64,000 nt of DNA from Octopus bimaculoides (GCF_001194135.2 NC_068984.1:147300399-147364398), one strand, 5' to 3'. Positions 24,231-37,545 are shown, numbered from the stretch's first letter. The notes: a model not told the origin generated them from the letters alone. A program made the numbers and translations.

Positions 24231-25534
24231 TTCTTTTAAATAATTACATTATTTTTCGTTTACTTTTGTGCTTTGCCGTCACTTGTCCACACCGTTAAAT
24301 ATTTCATGTTCTCTGTTTCTTGTCGCTGTTTTAACAATCGCTTAGAATCAAATCCGATGCTTTTGGCGCAACCAGAGCAATATCTTAATGCGCTGATATC
24401 ACAGAAGTTCTCTGAAAGATAAACATCATGGCGGGAACTGTCTCCTTTTCTCTCGTCTCTCTTATAGCCTTCTCGTAAGCGTCAAATGTCATACATACAC
24501 ACATACATACACACATACATACACACACACTCACATGTACGCGTCTATAATAACATAGATACATGTGTGAGTGTGTGTGTGTAGGTGTATGTACGTGTGT
24601 GTGTATGTGTGCGTGTGTGTGTGTGTGTGTGCGTGTGTGTGTGTGTAGGGTTATGGATTCTATCACTGCAGAACCGTCTTTGGTAAAGCAGAAGACCGTT
24701 TTTCTGATATCTTTTAGCTTTTACTCACTTCAGTCATGAAACAGTGGCCATGCTAAGGCNNNNNNNNNNNNNNNNNNNNNNNNNNNNNNNNNNNNNNNNN
24801 NNNNNNNNNNNNNNNNNNNNNNNNNNNNNNNNNNNNNNNNNNNNNNNNNNNNNNNNNNNNNNNNNNNNNNNNNNNNNNNNNNNNNNNNNNNNNNNNNNNN
24901 NNNNNNNNNNNNNNNNNNNNNNNNNNNNNNNNNNNNNNNNNNNNNNNNNNNNNNNNNNNNNNNNNNNNNNNNNNNNNNNNNNNNNNNNNNNNNNNNNNNN
25001 NNNNNNNNNNNNNNNNNNNNNNNNNNNNNNNNNNNNNNNNNNNNNNNNNNTATATATATATATATATATTGATCAAACACTCAGAACGGACGCGCGCACG
25101 CACGCGCACACACATACTCACATAGTAGTATGTAATGTAAACATATTAGCTCCGAGGATGAGTCGATCAGTCTATTACCTGAACAGAAGTCAGAGTTCTG
25201 TAGGCCCTGCCCCTCATTATAGTAATATTTTCGAAGAATTTGTTACAATAACACGGTTTATAGTAACAGCTGAGAAAATACTCATAACGAAAATAGTGAA
25301 GAGCAGTTTTTATGTAGCTTTTCTTTGCTGTTAGCATTTTGTTAGTATTGTGTAACGGTTACAGACCCAATCCCCACCCCACACACACATATGCACATAT
25401 ACAGTCGTATGCATATATGTAGGTTTGTATACATTAATTTTCATATTTATTTGTAATACATCTCACACATACACACAGACACAAATATTTATGTGTATAT
25501 ATATGCAGATATGTACGTGTATTTGTGTGAGAGT

Positions 25535-25644
<110 letters not shown>

Positions 25645-25924
25645 TTGCAATAAAAATGAAATACAAATTAGATTGAATTATATAAAATAAGTATACAAAG
25701 AAATCTCTCTCGGTGATTCTCTCCCTTTGAAGGAAATTTCTCCCCACCCCTTTTATTTGTTAGAAAACCGCGTTTCTCTCTGCCTCTTAAACTAAAACCA
25801 ACCGCTGATGGCAGCAGCGGCGGTCACCAGCCAAATTCCATATATATATATATATAGAGAGAGAGAAAACTTACTTGGAAAAGGATGCGTGTCGATCGAT
25901 CATATAGTAATATAAATAATATAT

Positions 25925-26090
25925 AAATATATGCATATATCCATACATATATGTATATACCTACATCTATATGTATACATACATGCATATATGGGTACAA
26001 GACATAAAAAAAAAACGTTAAACACAATGAGAAACGAAAACATAAAGACGAAAACATAGAAAACGAACATTTTTCGAACAACATATATAT
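25925..26090. repeat. Interspersed repeat family E, copy 1
   Basis: ATATCCATACA.ATATGTA.ATACCTACATC.ATATGTA..CATACATGCATATATGGGTACA.GACAT...ACAATGAGAAACGAAAACA...GAAAACGAAC.TTTTTCGAA is shared with 63710-63955. Confidence 0.85.
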
Positions 26091-26819
26091 ATACACACAC
26101 ATATACATATATATTTATGTTGTTGTTGTTGTGGGGGATGGTGATGGTGGTGGTGATGATGTAGATGTGTTAGTATTCCCACCGCACAGTGAACACACCT
26201 GAAGAAATTTTCACTCTTTGTGTTGCTCTCTGACAACTCAAATCTCCAGGGTATCTCACATGAATAATGATCAAATAGCCAAAATTTTATGTAATGATGT
26301 TCCTAGCGTGCACAATGGATCTCTAAAACAAACATATTTAAAAATTCATTACTGCCTTCCGGTACGTCGTGATGTTTCATCACTGACGAGAATCTTCAGC
26401 CGGTGTTGAAAACGTAAGTGCTCGCCAAAGTGAAGTTTACACAGCGGTATGAAAAGCCAAACTCTTTAATTGTAACTGAACCCCCCCCCCCCTTAACTAC
26501 CGATACTGTCCTCTAGAATTAGTATTTTAGGGGAAGGGAAGAATAATAAGATATAATGGTCAGGTTTCTAAAATTCGACGTAGGTATTTATTGTACTCGC
26601 TAAAGTGATACTGGGGGCTGATGAATCGGAGAGAGAGAAAGAAAGATGTGTATATACATATAAACTCATGCGCACACATATACATATAAATGTGCGTATG
26701 CACTATTATATAGGACCGCATGCTTATGTACTTATGCAATTACGCATATATATATATATATATAAGCATGCACACACACACACATACAAACATGTATATA
26801 TATATATATGTATACTTGG

Positions 26820-27000
26820 TATTTACAAAAAGAACAAAAGACGAAGACAGGTGTGTAAACAACGAACAGGTGTATTAATTTAACGCTCAGCAAGGTGAGA
26901 AAGTCTTTTACGTTTCGAGCCTCCGCTCTTCAACAGAAAGGAACACAGAAATAAACAGAGAGAGACTAGAAATGCTTTAGTTGCTAGCAGTCGATCATGG
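26820..27000 (-). mobile_element. Interspersed repeat family F carrying a minimal hammerhead-like motif (Penelope pseudo-LTR-like)
   Basis: The minus strand downstream of GAAACGTAAA (ACT.TCT...GAGCGT....TTAATAC) is colinear with 52276-52325. Confidence 0.55.
26905..26940 (-). ncRNA. Minimal type I hammerhead-like motif (A6>U variant)
   Basis: Minus strand: CTTT-CTGTTGA-A-GAGC(GGAG)GCTC-GAA-ACGT-A-AAAG. Stem I is 4 bp, stem II is 4 bp, and stem III is the palindrome ACGT. Confidence 0.5.
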
Positions 27001-28067
27001 CGATATATATGTATATACACATTCATACACACGCACATACACACACATACATGTATGTTTATATATGAATTGTTAAACAATTAAAAAATTAAAATTAAAA
27101 AATGAGAAGTTGAAGAAATAAGACATTGGAAAGTCATATATATATATATATATANNNNNNNNNNNNNNNNNNNNNNNNNNNNNNNNNNNNNNNNNNNNNN
27201 NNNNNNNNNNNNNNNNNNNNNNNNNNNNNNNNNNNNNNNNNNNNNNNNNNNNNNNNNNNNNNNNNNNNNNNNNNNNNNNNNNNNNNNNNNNNNNNNNNNN
27301 NNNNNNNNNNNNNNNNNNNNNNNNNNNNNNNNNNNNNNNNNNNNNNNNNNNNNNNNNNNNNNNNNNNNNNNNNNNNNNNNNNNNNNNNNNNNNNNNNNNN
27401 NNNNNNNNNNNNNNNNNNNNNNNNNNNNNNNNNNNNNNNNNNNNNNNNNNNNNNNNNNNNNNNNNNNNNNNNNNNNNNNNNNNNNNNNNNNNNNNNNNNN
27501 NNNNNNNNNNNNNNNNNNNNNNNNNNNNNNNNNNNNNNNNNNNNNNNNNNNNNNNNNNNNNNNNNNNNNNNNNNNNNNNNNNNNNNNNNNNNNNNNNNNN
27601 NNNNNNNNNNNNNNNNNNNNNNNNNNNNNNNNNNNNNNNNNNNNNNNNNNNNNNNNNNNNNNNNNNNNNNNNNNNNNNNNNNNNNNNNNNNNNNNNNNNN
27701 NNNNNNNNNNNNNNNNNNNNNNNNNNNNNNNNNNNNNNNNNNNNNNNNNNNNNNNNNNNNNNNNNNNNNNNNNNNNNNNNNNNNNNNNNNNNNNNNNNNN
27801 NNNNNNNNNNNNNNNNNNNNNNNNNNNNNNNNNNNNNNNNNNNNNNNNNNNNNNNNNNNNNNNNNNNNNNNNNNNNNNNNNNNNNNNNNNNNNNNNNNNN
27901 NNNNNNNNNNNNNNNNNNNNNNNNNNNNNNNNNNNNNNNNNNNNNNNNNNNNNNNNNNNNNNNNNNNNNNNNNNNNNNNNNNNNNNNNNNNNNNNNNNNN
28001 NNNNNNNNNNNNNNNNNNNNNNNNNNNNNNNNNNNNNNNNNNNNNNNNNNNNNNNNNNNNNNNNNNN

Positions 28068-28134
<67 letters not shown>

Positions 28135-28435
28135 TTATGCATATATACATATTTACACACAAGCATAAGCAACAATACGCGTGACCTAGAAATAGTAAAC
28201 ATGTGCAGAGAGAAATAATTTAAGTACGACCAAAGACTCAATTAGGATTATCAGCCAAAATTAATTAGGTCTTCCCGTTTCTTCATTAGAATGAAGTCTG
28301 TACAATTTACTGAAGACCTAAAAATAACAAGCTGTTCAGCGTTTTTGCGTGGTGGATGCGCGTGTATATCTGTATGTGTGCGTCTGACTGTATAACACAA
28401 GCGTGTAAATCATTCTATATCTTTTTTATGTAATA

Positions 28436-28508
<73 letters not shown>

Positions 28509-28949
28509 TCCTTTCAGTTCTGTTTCCAATTCTTGCCGAGTGTCTCCCTGACACCTAGAGCAGAGAAACGTATTGTATACATTGGTAGGCCATTAACACA
28601 AGCACACCAGATTCTTCATGTACGTAACAGTTGATCGTCGCTGCTTTTGGACATACCTACAGTGCAAATAGTCTTAAATAGTCTAGCTTTAACTATTGCA
28701 TAGTTTAAATATGTGCTAATATTATCTTTATTATTATTTTAACCTTAAACTTCGTTCAAATTGTATTTAAAAATGAAAAAAATTATTTAAGTTGTTTTTT
28801 GTATATAATATACCTGTTAGCATATATTATAATGGATGTAGGGTTGATTATGGAAGGTTTATTATTTTGATATTTTTAATAATATCTTTATACAATAAGT
28901 ACTTTATATAAATTCATTTGGTATTTATTGTTGGTTGATATATACATTC

Positions 28950-29016
<67 letters not shown>

Positions 29017-29292
29017 TTGACCTGAAGATTAACTATATTTTTGAATAGAATTGATTTTCGATAGTTTTAATCGATTTTAATCNNNNNNNNNNNNNNNNNN
29101 NNNNNNNNNNNNNNNNNNNNNNNNNNNNNNNNNNNNNNNNNNNNNNNNNNNNNNNNNNNNNNNNNNNNNNNNNNNNNNNNNNNNNNNNNNNNNNNNNNNN
29201 NNNNNNNNNNNNNNNNNNNNNNNNNNNNNNNNNNNNNNNNNNNNNNNNNNNNNNNNNNNNNNNNNNNNNNNNNNNNNNNNNNNNNNNNNNNN

Positions 29293-29335
<43 letters not shown>

Positions 29336-29652
29336 TCATTATAGTTTCTCATATTGTTTATTATACTTTGGTCATAGCTAAATCGCAGCGAGGCGATCAT
29401 TTTGCTAGGAATAAAGTAAAGTTTTTAAATACTTGAAATGAATTCGAATAACCGCATATTATATCATATTATATCATATTACATTTATATTACATTATAT
29501 TATATTATATTTATATTACATTATATTATATTATGTATGGTGTAAGTATATGTCACTTTATATTCCACTTCTGCATTCATCGCCAGAGATAATGCTCTCA
29601 ATAGCTCGAATCACCTTCCAATATACCACCGCCACCACTACTAACCACCACC

Positions 29653-29698
<46 letters not shown>

Positions 29699-30452
29699 CC
29701 CATCTCTCCACAATGTAATGCATCATTTTCTGAAGGCAACGTTTTACATGTTATTATTCTAAGAGAAAAGATAGGAAGATAAATCTAGCGAACATCATTT
29801 ACTGACTCTTGATTCCCTGTTGTACATGTTTCACTTCACCTATGTCGTTAACACCCTTGAGACATGCGCGAACCCGTGAACATCCCATCTAATTTGTTTT
29901 CCTAATAAATCTGTAGTCTTTCGCCTGGTTATTGATGAAACAGTTATAATAAGTGCCGAGTGAGGAGCATAAACAATGATGAATGTAAAATCGGGGAGGA
30001 ATGAGAGGAGACTTTCAGGTTTCCAGAAAATATGTTGTAACAACAATTTTGTGCAAACCTCCAGACACCGAATTTCATTGTAAAACCTCGAAGATAAAAT
30101 CAGAAGCGTAAAGCAGAACCGGTAAACATTGGCATCATATCTACCTGAGGAGTGTCAAGAAAATAGCAAAGGATTTATATTGTGTACAGGAAAATATGCA
30201 CGCCGTCACACACAACAGCCACACAAGCGCTTGCGTGCGCGCGCACACACACACACATACACACACACATGCACACACACACACACACACATATATATAT
30301 TAATGCTTTTATGTCGAGTTAAATATCAGAACAATTTAACATTAGAGTTGAAGAATTACTTAATTTTTTTGCACAGAGAACGTATTTATTAAACTTTTAC
30401 AAGAATCGTGAAAGTGTCTTCGATGATTCACGAAGCTAGCTTCCATACATAC

Positions 30453-30483
<31 letters not shown>

Positions 30484-30537
30484 CGTGCGCGTGTATTATA
30501 TATATATAAATATACATATATATATGCATATGCACAT

Positions 30538-30570
<33 letters not shown>

Positions 30571-30718
30571 CCGGAGTAAGCACATGAAACGTGAAACTCA
30601 GAGTAACGGTTTTTTTGTTATATTTCTGCTGCTTTTAAATAAAGTATATATATATATATATGTATGTGTGTGAGTGAATGAGCGAATGCATGTATGTAAA
30701 TATATACGTACACTCGCA

Positions 30719-30784
<66 letters not shown>

Positions 30785-30934
30785 TAATAAAAAAAATTTT
30801 CTTTCAGAGTTGGAGAAGCTAATATTGATAGCTTTATCAATTGTAGCAAAGGATCAAAGTTTGCCCATCAAAGAACACCAAAACCATCAAATAAAATCAT
30901 GAATGTAGATTAAAGAGAGAAGTATTTAAACACA

Positions 30935-31340
30935 TTTTCGTAGAGAATACATCTATGTGGCACTTCTATACACTAAATGTTTCAGTAGTAACATGAAATA
31001 CTAACTGGCAAGCGTAGTGGGGACATATACATCGGAAATTTCCTCAGAGATTCATAGGGAAGCCATATCCTGGATATGCTAATCTACACAACAGGGAAAT
31101 TAAAGCTAATCGCCCAGATATCGTTGTCAGAGACCACCAAGTGAGAATGCGTCTCCTCAGTGTATTGGTTCTAATAGAGGATAAAATGTATCCCTGAAAG
31201 AAACGAAGAAAGGATCTGCAAGCGAAGGGAATCGTAATGTAGATAGATGGGGCTGGTCATACTGCAGCAATATCACTAGAGAAAACAGATAAACAATAAG
31301 AGAAACGCATCCAAAATCTGTTATCTTTTCACTCGCTATG
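30935..31340 (+). mobile_element. Decayed R4-type non-LTR fragment (endonuclease region)
   Basis: HNREIKANRPDIVVRDH at 31087-31137 is the RPD motif of the restriction-like endonuclease. Flanks are heavily frameshifted. Confidence 0.7.
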
Positions 31341-31557
31341 GCATAAAACAAAAAAAGCGTACAAAAGAGACAGACAGACAAAGAGTCTGACAGACATAGA
31401 CAGACAAATAGATAGATGGAGGGATAGATGGCGGGAGGGAAGNNNNNNNNNNNNNNNNNNNNNNNNNNNNNNNGACAGATAGATAGATAGATAGATAGAT
31501 GAACGATAGACATACATGCATACATACATACAGATAGACAGACAGGCAGACAGACAG

Positions 31558-31613
<56 letters not shown>

Positions 31614-31703
31614 CAGTCTGACAGACATAGACAGACAGATCGATAGATGGAGGGAGGGAGGGAGGTGGAAAGGAGGGACAGACAGACAGACAGACAGACA
31701 GAC

Positions 31704-31763
<60 letters not shown>

Positions 31764-31799
31764 GTCTACATAATAAACTGTCAATATGTATACAACGAA

Positions 31800-33500
31800 A
31801 GCAACTACACACTCTTGGCACTTACTCATGGATGATTCCAACCCCAAACACACCACCATCTTGTTTACAATTCCATCCGTGCACCAGGCAATAACACAAC
31901 AAGCGATAATAATTTTGTACGAATGCACTTATTAACATTCCTCCCCATCAATACTTATCAGAAGTTGACAAACAGAGAAAAGATGACAGTCACGGAAAGC
32001 TCATTAATCGATTTACGGTTGTGTTTTGAAACACTGAAAAATCAATCAATGTGTTATAAATGTCAATTATTTTTACTGCCTGAATCATTCTTGCTAAATA
32101 CAATAATATATCTTAAAACACGGTTTCACATAAAGAAATATTAATTCTATCCCGGCAGCGATGGGCAGCCTCGATTTTGCAAACATCTATGTGCTCATAG
32201 GCCTATATATTTTGGACTTAGTACACTTTTTGACTACATACAGTATGGTCGACATCGAAATAGTGGACAAAAAATAACAAAGCCCATCAATTAGAATCAA
32301 ATGAAGACTTTTCTTCGAATTACTTAATATCGCGCACATTACACCCTACATTTCTTCATAAAAGGGACACATTAGATCATCTCATCAATAAATATACAAA
32401 AAATATTTATTCAGTGACCCCAGCTGGATCGACATTACGTATAGTTCTACTTGAGGAAAGCTGAGTCTAGGTTAAACAAGAAACTCTGATAGAAAATGTA
32501 ACAAATGACATACTCAGCGGCTTAATTTTTAAAGCTGAAATACCAATCAATGTCAGCCAAAATTCAAAGTACATGGTAAGTGAATCAAAAGATATTGCAA
32601 TACACTTCCTCAAAGAACTTATATAAACACACATTCACACAGATAATATTCCCAGAAGAGCTATTACATTTTCCCCTGGAACTACCCTAAATATAGGCAG
32701 GAATTATGATGCCTAAATATATAACGAATGTAACAAGTATACAAATATATATATATATATACAAACACACACACACACACACACATACAGACAGACAGGT
32801 AGGTAAGTAGGAAGGGAGACAGACAAACAGCCAGACAGACAGAGAGATAGATATTGTATACAAATATATCCACATATATATAGGCATACATATACACGCA
32901 TATGTACATACATACATACATAATATATATATATCACAAGTACCAACACTCTTAAAGTTAGTTATAGTTGCCTCCCCAATATAGGGTCAATAATATTCAG
33001 CCACTATAAAAACAAACACCAGAAGTACTCCCGATAAACAATGTTGCTCGCAAAATCACAGTCCTTTAAATAACAACTCCTGGAAAAAGAACTTATATAC
33101 AAGGCCAAAATCATGGTCCCCGCGTAGTAACAAAGACGTATATCGGAATGACGGGCAACTTGTTCAAGGAAAGGCACACACAACATTTGGTGTCATTCAG
33201 GGACAAAAACAAGACATGCAACATCCCTATCCAATATGATATGGACATTGAAAGAAGGGAAATCAAGTAACTTCCAGATAAAATGGAACATCATTGCTAA
33301 AACCAGAAAATACAGAGAACGGGGTATCAAATGTGAACTCTGTATCACTGAAAAATCAAATATCATACAGTCAACAGATAATATCCTAAATATTAGGGAT
33401 GAAACCTTTTCCCCCTGCATACACAAGCACTATTTCACACTTAGACACTTCAAGCCGAAACCACCACCCACGCCGCTAACTCTACCAGGATAGCTTATTT
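31800..33500 (+). mobile_element. Penelope-like element relic (RT + GIY-YIG endonuclease), interrupted by microsatellite at about 32740-32935
   Basis: MGSLDFANIYVLIGLYIL (about 32161), LNIGRN, NTLKVSYSCLPNIGSII (about 32945), KTYIGMTGNLFKERH (YIG at 33139), and IWTLK..WNII..CELCITEK..LNIRDE..CIH (ORF 33236-33493). Confidence 0.85.
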
Positions 33501-33969
33501 CCCTGAACGTGTAAATTGAATATATACAACACATGAACCCCACACATAAAAGAAACTAAATCAGCACACAAACATGCAAACATCACATATAGCCAGATTT
33601 TAATATAATATAATGCAAACAAATTTACCGTCCAACATGACTGTTTTCCCAAAAGTCAAATCAAATGGAGATAATCACTCAAAAGATGTCATCTAAGAAT
33701 AGCATCCCTTGATTTATTGTTTACTTTACGAGACTTTCTTTGAATTCTCGAGGCTTTGTGTTTTCAATAAAATAGAGGCGAACATTATTCCTCCGTGTGA
33801 TCGGCTTAAAAAATTAAGATATTTTTCTTAAAAAGAAACAAATGGTAGTATTAATTCACAAGTAAAGAAATTCTATCCACCAATACAGTGTTGAGCACTC
33901 ATTCTCATCGCTAGACACATATATATATATGTGTGTGTGTGTGTCTGTGTGTGTGTATGTGTGTATGTG

Positions 33970-34014
<45 letters not shown>

Positions 34015-34169
34015 TGTGTGTGCGTGCGTGTGCGTGTGTGTGTATGAGACCAAGGTGTATGTACGCCGCTATATCGTCTATCTGGATGTTTTGTTGCCCC
34101 TTTCTTGTATCACCTGTCTGGATGTTTTGCGTTTTTGTCCCATTTATGTATGGTTCCATGTTTGCGTCT

Positions 34170-34362
34170 TTATGCCTGTTTGCTTCCAACCAACCCTTGT
34201 CAACTAGGGATAACTTCTTTTCGTACCTGTAAATTTAGCGGTTCGACCAAAGCATCCGATAGAATAAAAATCCAACCTTAAACCTTATTCTAAAAACCCA
34301 CAATGCACTATTCCAGTGTGGCTCTGCAGTCCTTCACTTAAACAAGCGAAAAGGTAAAAGTT
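34170..34362 (+). mobile_element. SINE family AB, tail half (diverged)
   Basis: CTGTAAATTTAGCGGTTCGACCAAAGCATCCGATAGAATAA...CCAGTGTGGC..GCAGTC. Confidence 0.6.
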
Positions 34363-34910
34363 AGATACATTTCTGTAAAGGTATACTCATTACCACCGAT
34401 ACAGCTGCTACATATTCGTCTTCTGGCTATTGTTCATGATGATGATGATGGCGATGATGATGACGATGATGGTGGTTATTATGATGTTTATGACACAGTC
34501 GACATCATCGTCATCCCATCACCAGATCGACGTGTTGGTGGTTAGTAAGTAGCAATCTGGAATAAGATGTCATGAAATAGAGGAGTAACATGTAAAAATA
34601 ATTACAACACCGAAAAGAAAGAGACAGAGAGAGCGAAAGAGAGAAAACAGAAGAGCTAACAGAGGTACAAAAGAAAGGAGGAGAAAGGAAGGAATAATGA
34701 AAGTAAATAGAGAAGTGTTCAGCGCCATGTGGGGTCTGGTTGTAAAAATAAAGAGAAATAACTTAAATGGTGCGGAAATGAAAATAATGAAATTTTACGT
34801 GTTGTACAGATTGAAGGTAACCAGTGTGTGTTTCGCTGTTCGCTGGCTATTTGTTTTACTATATTCGTACGTTGATGTACGCATACTTATGTCTGTCTCC
34901 ATCTCATCTC

Positions 34911-34967
<57 letters not shown>

Positions 34968-35856
34968 ATTATGTATGTATGTGTATAAATATATGTATAC
35001 ATAGAAAGAGAGAGACAGACAGACAGAGATGAGTAGATATGTACATATATGCATGTATGAATATGTATGTATTTATACACATATATAAATACATGTGTGT
35101 ATGTGTGTGNNNNNNNNNNNNNNNNNNNNNNNNNNNNNNNNNNNNNNNNNNNNNNNNNNNNNNNNNNNNNNNNNNNNNNNNNNNNNNNNNNNNNNNNNNN
35201 NNNNNNNNNNNNNNNNNNNNNNNNNNNNNNNNNNNNNNNNNNNNNNNNNNNNNNNNNNNNNNNNNNNNNNNNNNNNNNNNNNNNNNNNNNNNNNNNNNNN
35301 NNNNNNNNNNNNNNNNNNNNNNNNNNNNNNNNNNNNNNNNNNNNNNNNNNNNNNNNNNNNNNNNNNNNNNNNNNNNNNNNNNNNNNNNNNNNNNNNNNNN
35401 NNNNNNNNNNNNNNNNNNNNNNNNNNNNNNNNNNNNNNNNNNNNNNNNNNNNNNNNNNNNNNNNNNNNNNNNNNNNNNNNNNNNNNNNNNNNNNNNNNNN
35501 NNNNNNNNNNNNNNNNNNNNNNNNNNNNNNNNNNNNNNNNNNNNNNNNNNNNNNNNNNNNNNNNNNNNNNNNNNNNNNNNNNNNNNNNNNNNNNNNNNNN
35601 NNNNNNNNNNNNNNNNNNNNNNNNNNNNNNNNNNNNNNNNNNNNNNNNNNNNNNNNNNNNNNNNNNNNNNNNNNNNNNNNNNNNNNNNNNNNNNNNNNNN
35701 NNNNNNNNNNNNNNNNNNNNNNNNNNNNNNNNNNNNNNNNNNNNNNNNNNNNNNNNNNNNNNNNNNNNNNNNNNNNNNNNNNNNNNNNNNNNNNNNNNNN
35801 NNNNNNNNNNNNNNNNNNNNNNNNNNNNNNNNNNNNNNNNNNNNNNNNNNNNNNNN

Positions 35857-35887
<31 letters not shown>

Positions 35888-35888
<1 letters not shown>

Positions 35889-36041
35889 GACAGGCTTCTT
35901 TCAAATTCCGTCTACCAAATCCACTCACAAGGTTTTGGTCGGTCCGAATCCATAGTAGAAGAAACCTGCCCAAGGTGCTACGTAATGGGACTGAACCCAG
36001 AACCATGTGGTTGGGAAGAAAACCTTTAACCACACAGTCAT
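35888..36041 (-). mobile_element. SINE family AB, head half
   Basis: CCGTCTACCAAATCCACTCACAAGG...GGGACTGAACCCAGAACCATGTGGTTGGGAAG. It abuts (TA)n, which runs into the gap at 35110-35856. Confidence 0.9.
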
Positions 36042-36540
36042 ATGTATATATATATACCAGCCTTGAAGCCGGCCTTCGGGCGGCATTCACGCTGGCTCTC
36101 GCGGAGGGCATCTTTGAGGCCGTCGGCCTCACAATCCGATCGCTTCGCTGCCATCTAGCCTTTGTGTAATGAAACTTATTTCTGCAAATGTGCTAAGCAC
36201 TAAAGCTGATCATAGTGTGGTCAATAAGCGTAGGAGTGAGGTAAATGCAGTAAAAATAGGGGCGTCATTGAGACCCCAATTAGGTGGTCCTTAAAAAAAA
36301 TAAACCCCTTAGGACATTCCCTGGGATAAGGGGAATTGCTGGTTTGACTTTCGTTGTCCTTGCACCAACAGTAAGGAGGAGTTAACATAACGGACAGAGG
36401 AACAACACTCAAATTTATATTAAGATATACATACATACATACATACATACATACATANNNNNNNNNNATATATGTATGTATATATGTATGTATGTATATG
36501 TATATATATATATATATCCATCATGGCAGGATTCGAATTA

Positions 36541-36630
36541 TTCAAAAGGTACTTTATTTATCGACCTCGAGAAGATAAAAGAAAAATGTTGGATTTGAAC
36601 ACATAGCATAGAGAGTCGAGTCGGAATATA
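36541..36630 (-). mobile_element. SINE family C, core fragment
   Basis: GGTACTTTATTTATCGACCTCGAGAAGATAAAAG...GGATTTGAAC. Confidence 0.6.
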
Positions 36631-37265
36631 TCTGAAGGACCTAACAGCCCTCCGTAAAGAACGTGATTTGTGGAATATGTCTGCAAATCACGAGTGAGAA
36701 ACTTTATCACCAACAGATGCAAAATCCAATGTTGCGTAGGAATATGTGAGTGGAATGAAACGATTTTAGGCTGCTGTTTTGGACAGCGATGGTTTGATGT
36801 CAGTGATGTTTGATGTCAAATAAGTCAGCATCGAATCAGTGACACCAAAATGGTTGAACCACAGCGTTCCATATTCGTGTGTGAAATGTGAACAAATGAG
36901 AAACGAGTATCGAAACTGCCTTGCAGTTGAGATTCCCCAGCAAACCTCTCCAACCTCCTACTAAATACGTTAGTTGATATCAGCAACGGTTGCATTGCAA
37001 GTCATCACCAAAATACCTCATTAACATACATCTGTTAAAATCATTAGACGTGCGAAAGTGTAATTTCGTTTTGTTTTATTTTCCGTTCACTTTAATCTCC
37101 GCCTCCCCCCCCCACCACCACCTTCTCCTTTTTCTTCCTTTTTTACTTTTCCTTCGTTTTCTTCATTCCTGTTTTGTTTTTCTCATTTTTTCTTTACTTT
37201 TCTTTTCTGAGGTATTTCTGATCTTTTTTATCTTTCTTTTTTTATGATTCTCTCATTTTCATTAC

Positions 37266-37268
<3 letters not shown>

Positions 37269-37346
<78 letters not shown>

Positions 37347-37492
37347 TATTATTATTATCTTTTCAGACCCTGTCGTATTCTTTCTCATCTCCTTCCTTTT
37401 CCTGAACTTCTTCTTCTTCTCCTTCAATTCTTCTTCTTCTTCTTCTTCTTCTTCTTCTTCTTCTTCTTCTTCTTCTCCTCCTCCTCCTCCAC

Positions 37493-37543
<51 letters not shown>

Positions 37544-37545
37544 TA
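37269..37545. repeat. Compound microsatellite (TTA)n..(CTT)n-(CTC)n-(CTA)n
   Basis: Read directly. CTT grades into CTC and then CTA. Confidence 0.9.

Noticed and set aside
26380-26425. CTGACGA...GAAAACGT resembling a hammerhead core
   Set aside because: No convincing stem II or stem I pairing in the required register.
36662-36692. 13-bp hairpin CGTGATTTGTGGA/TCTGCAAATCACG
   Set aside because: Single short hairpin without a miRNA-length stem or repeat context.
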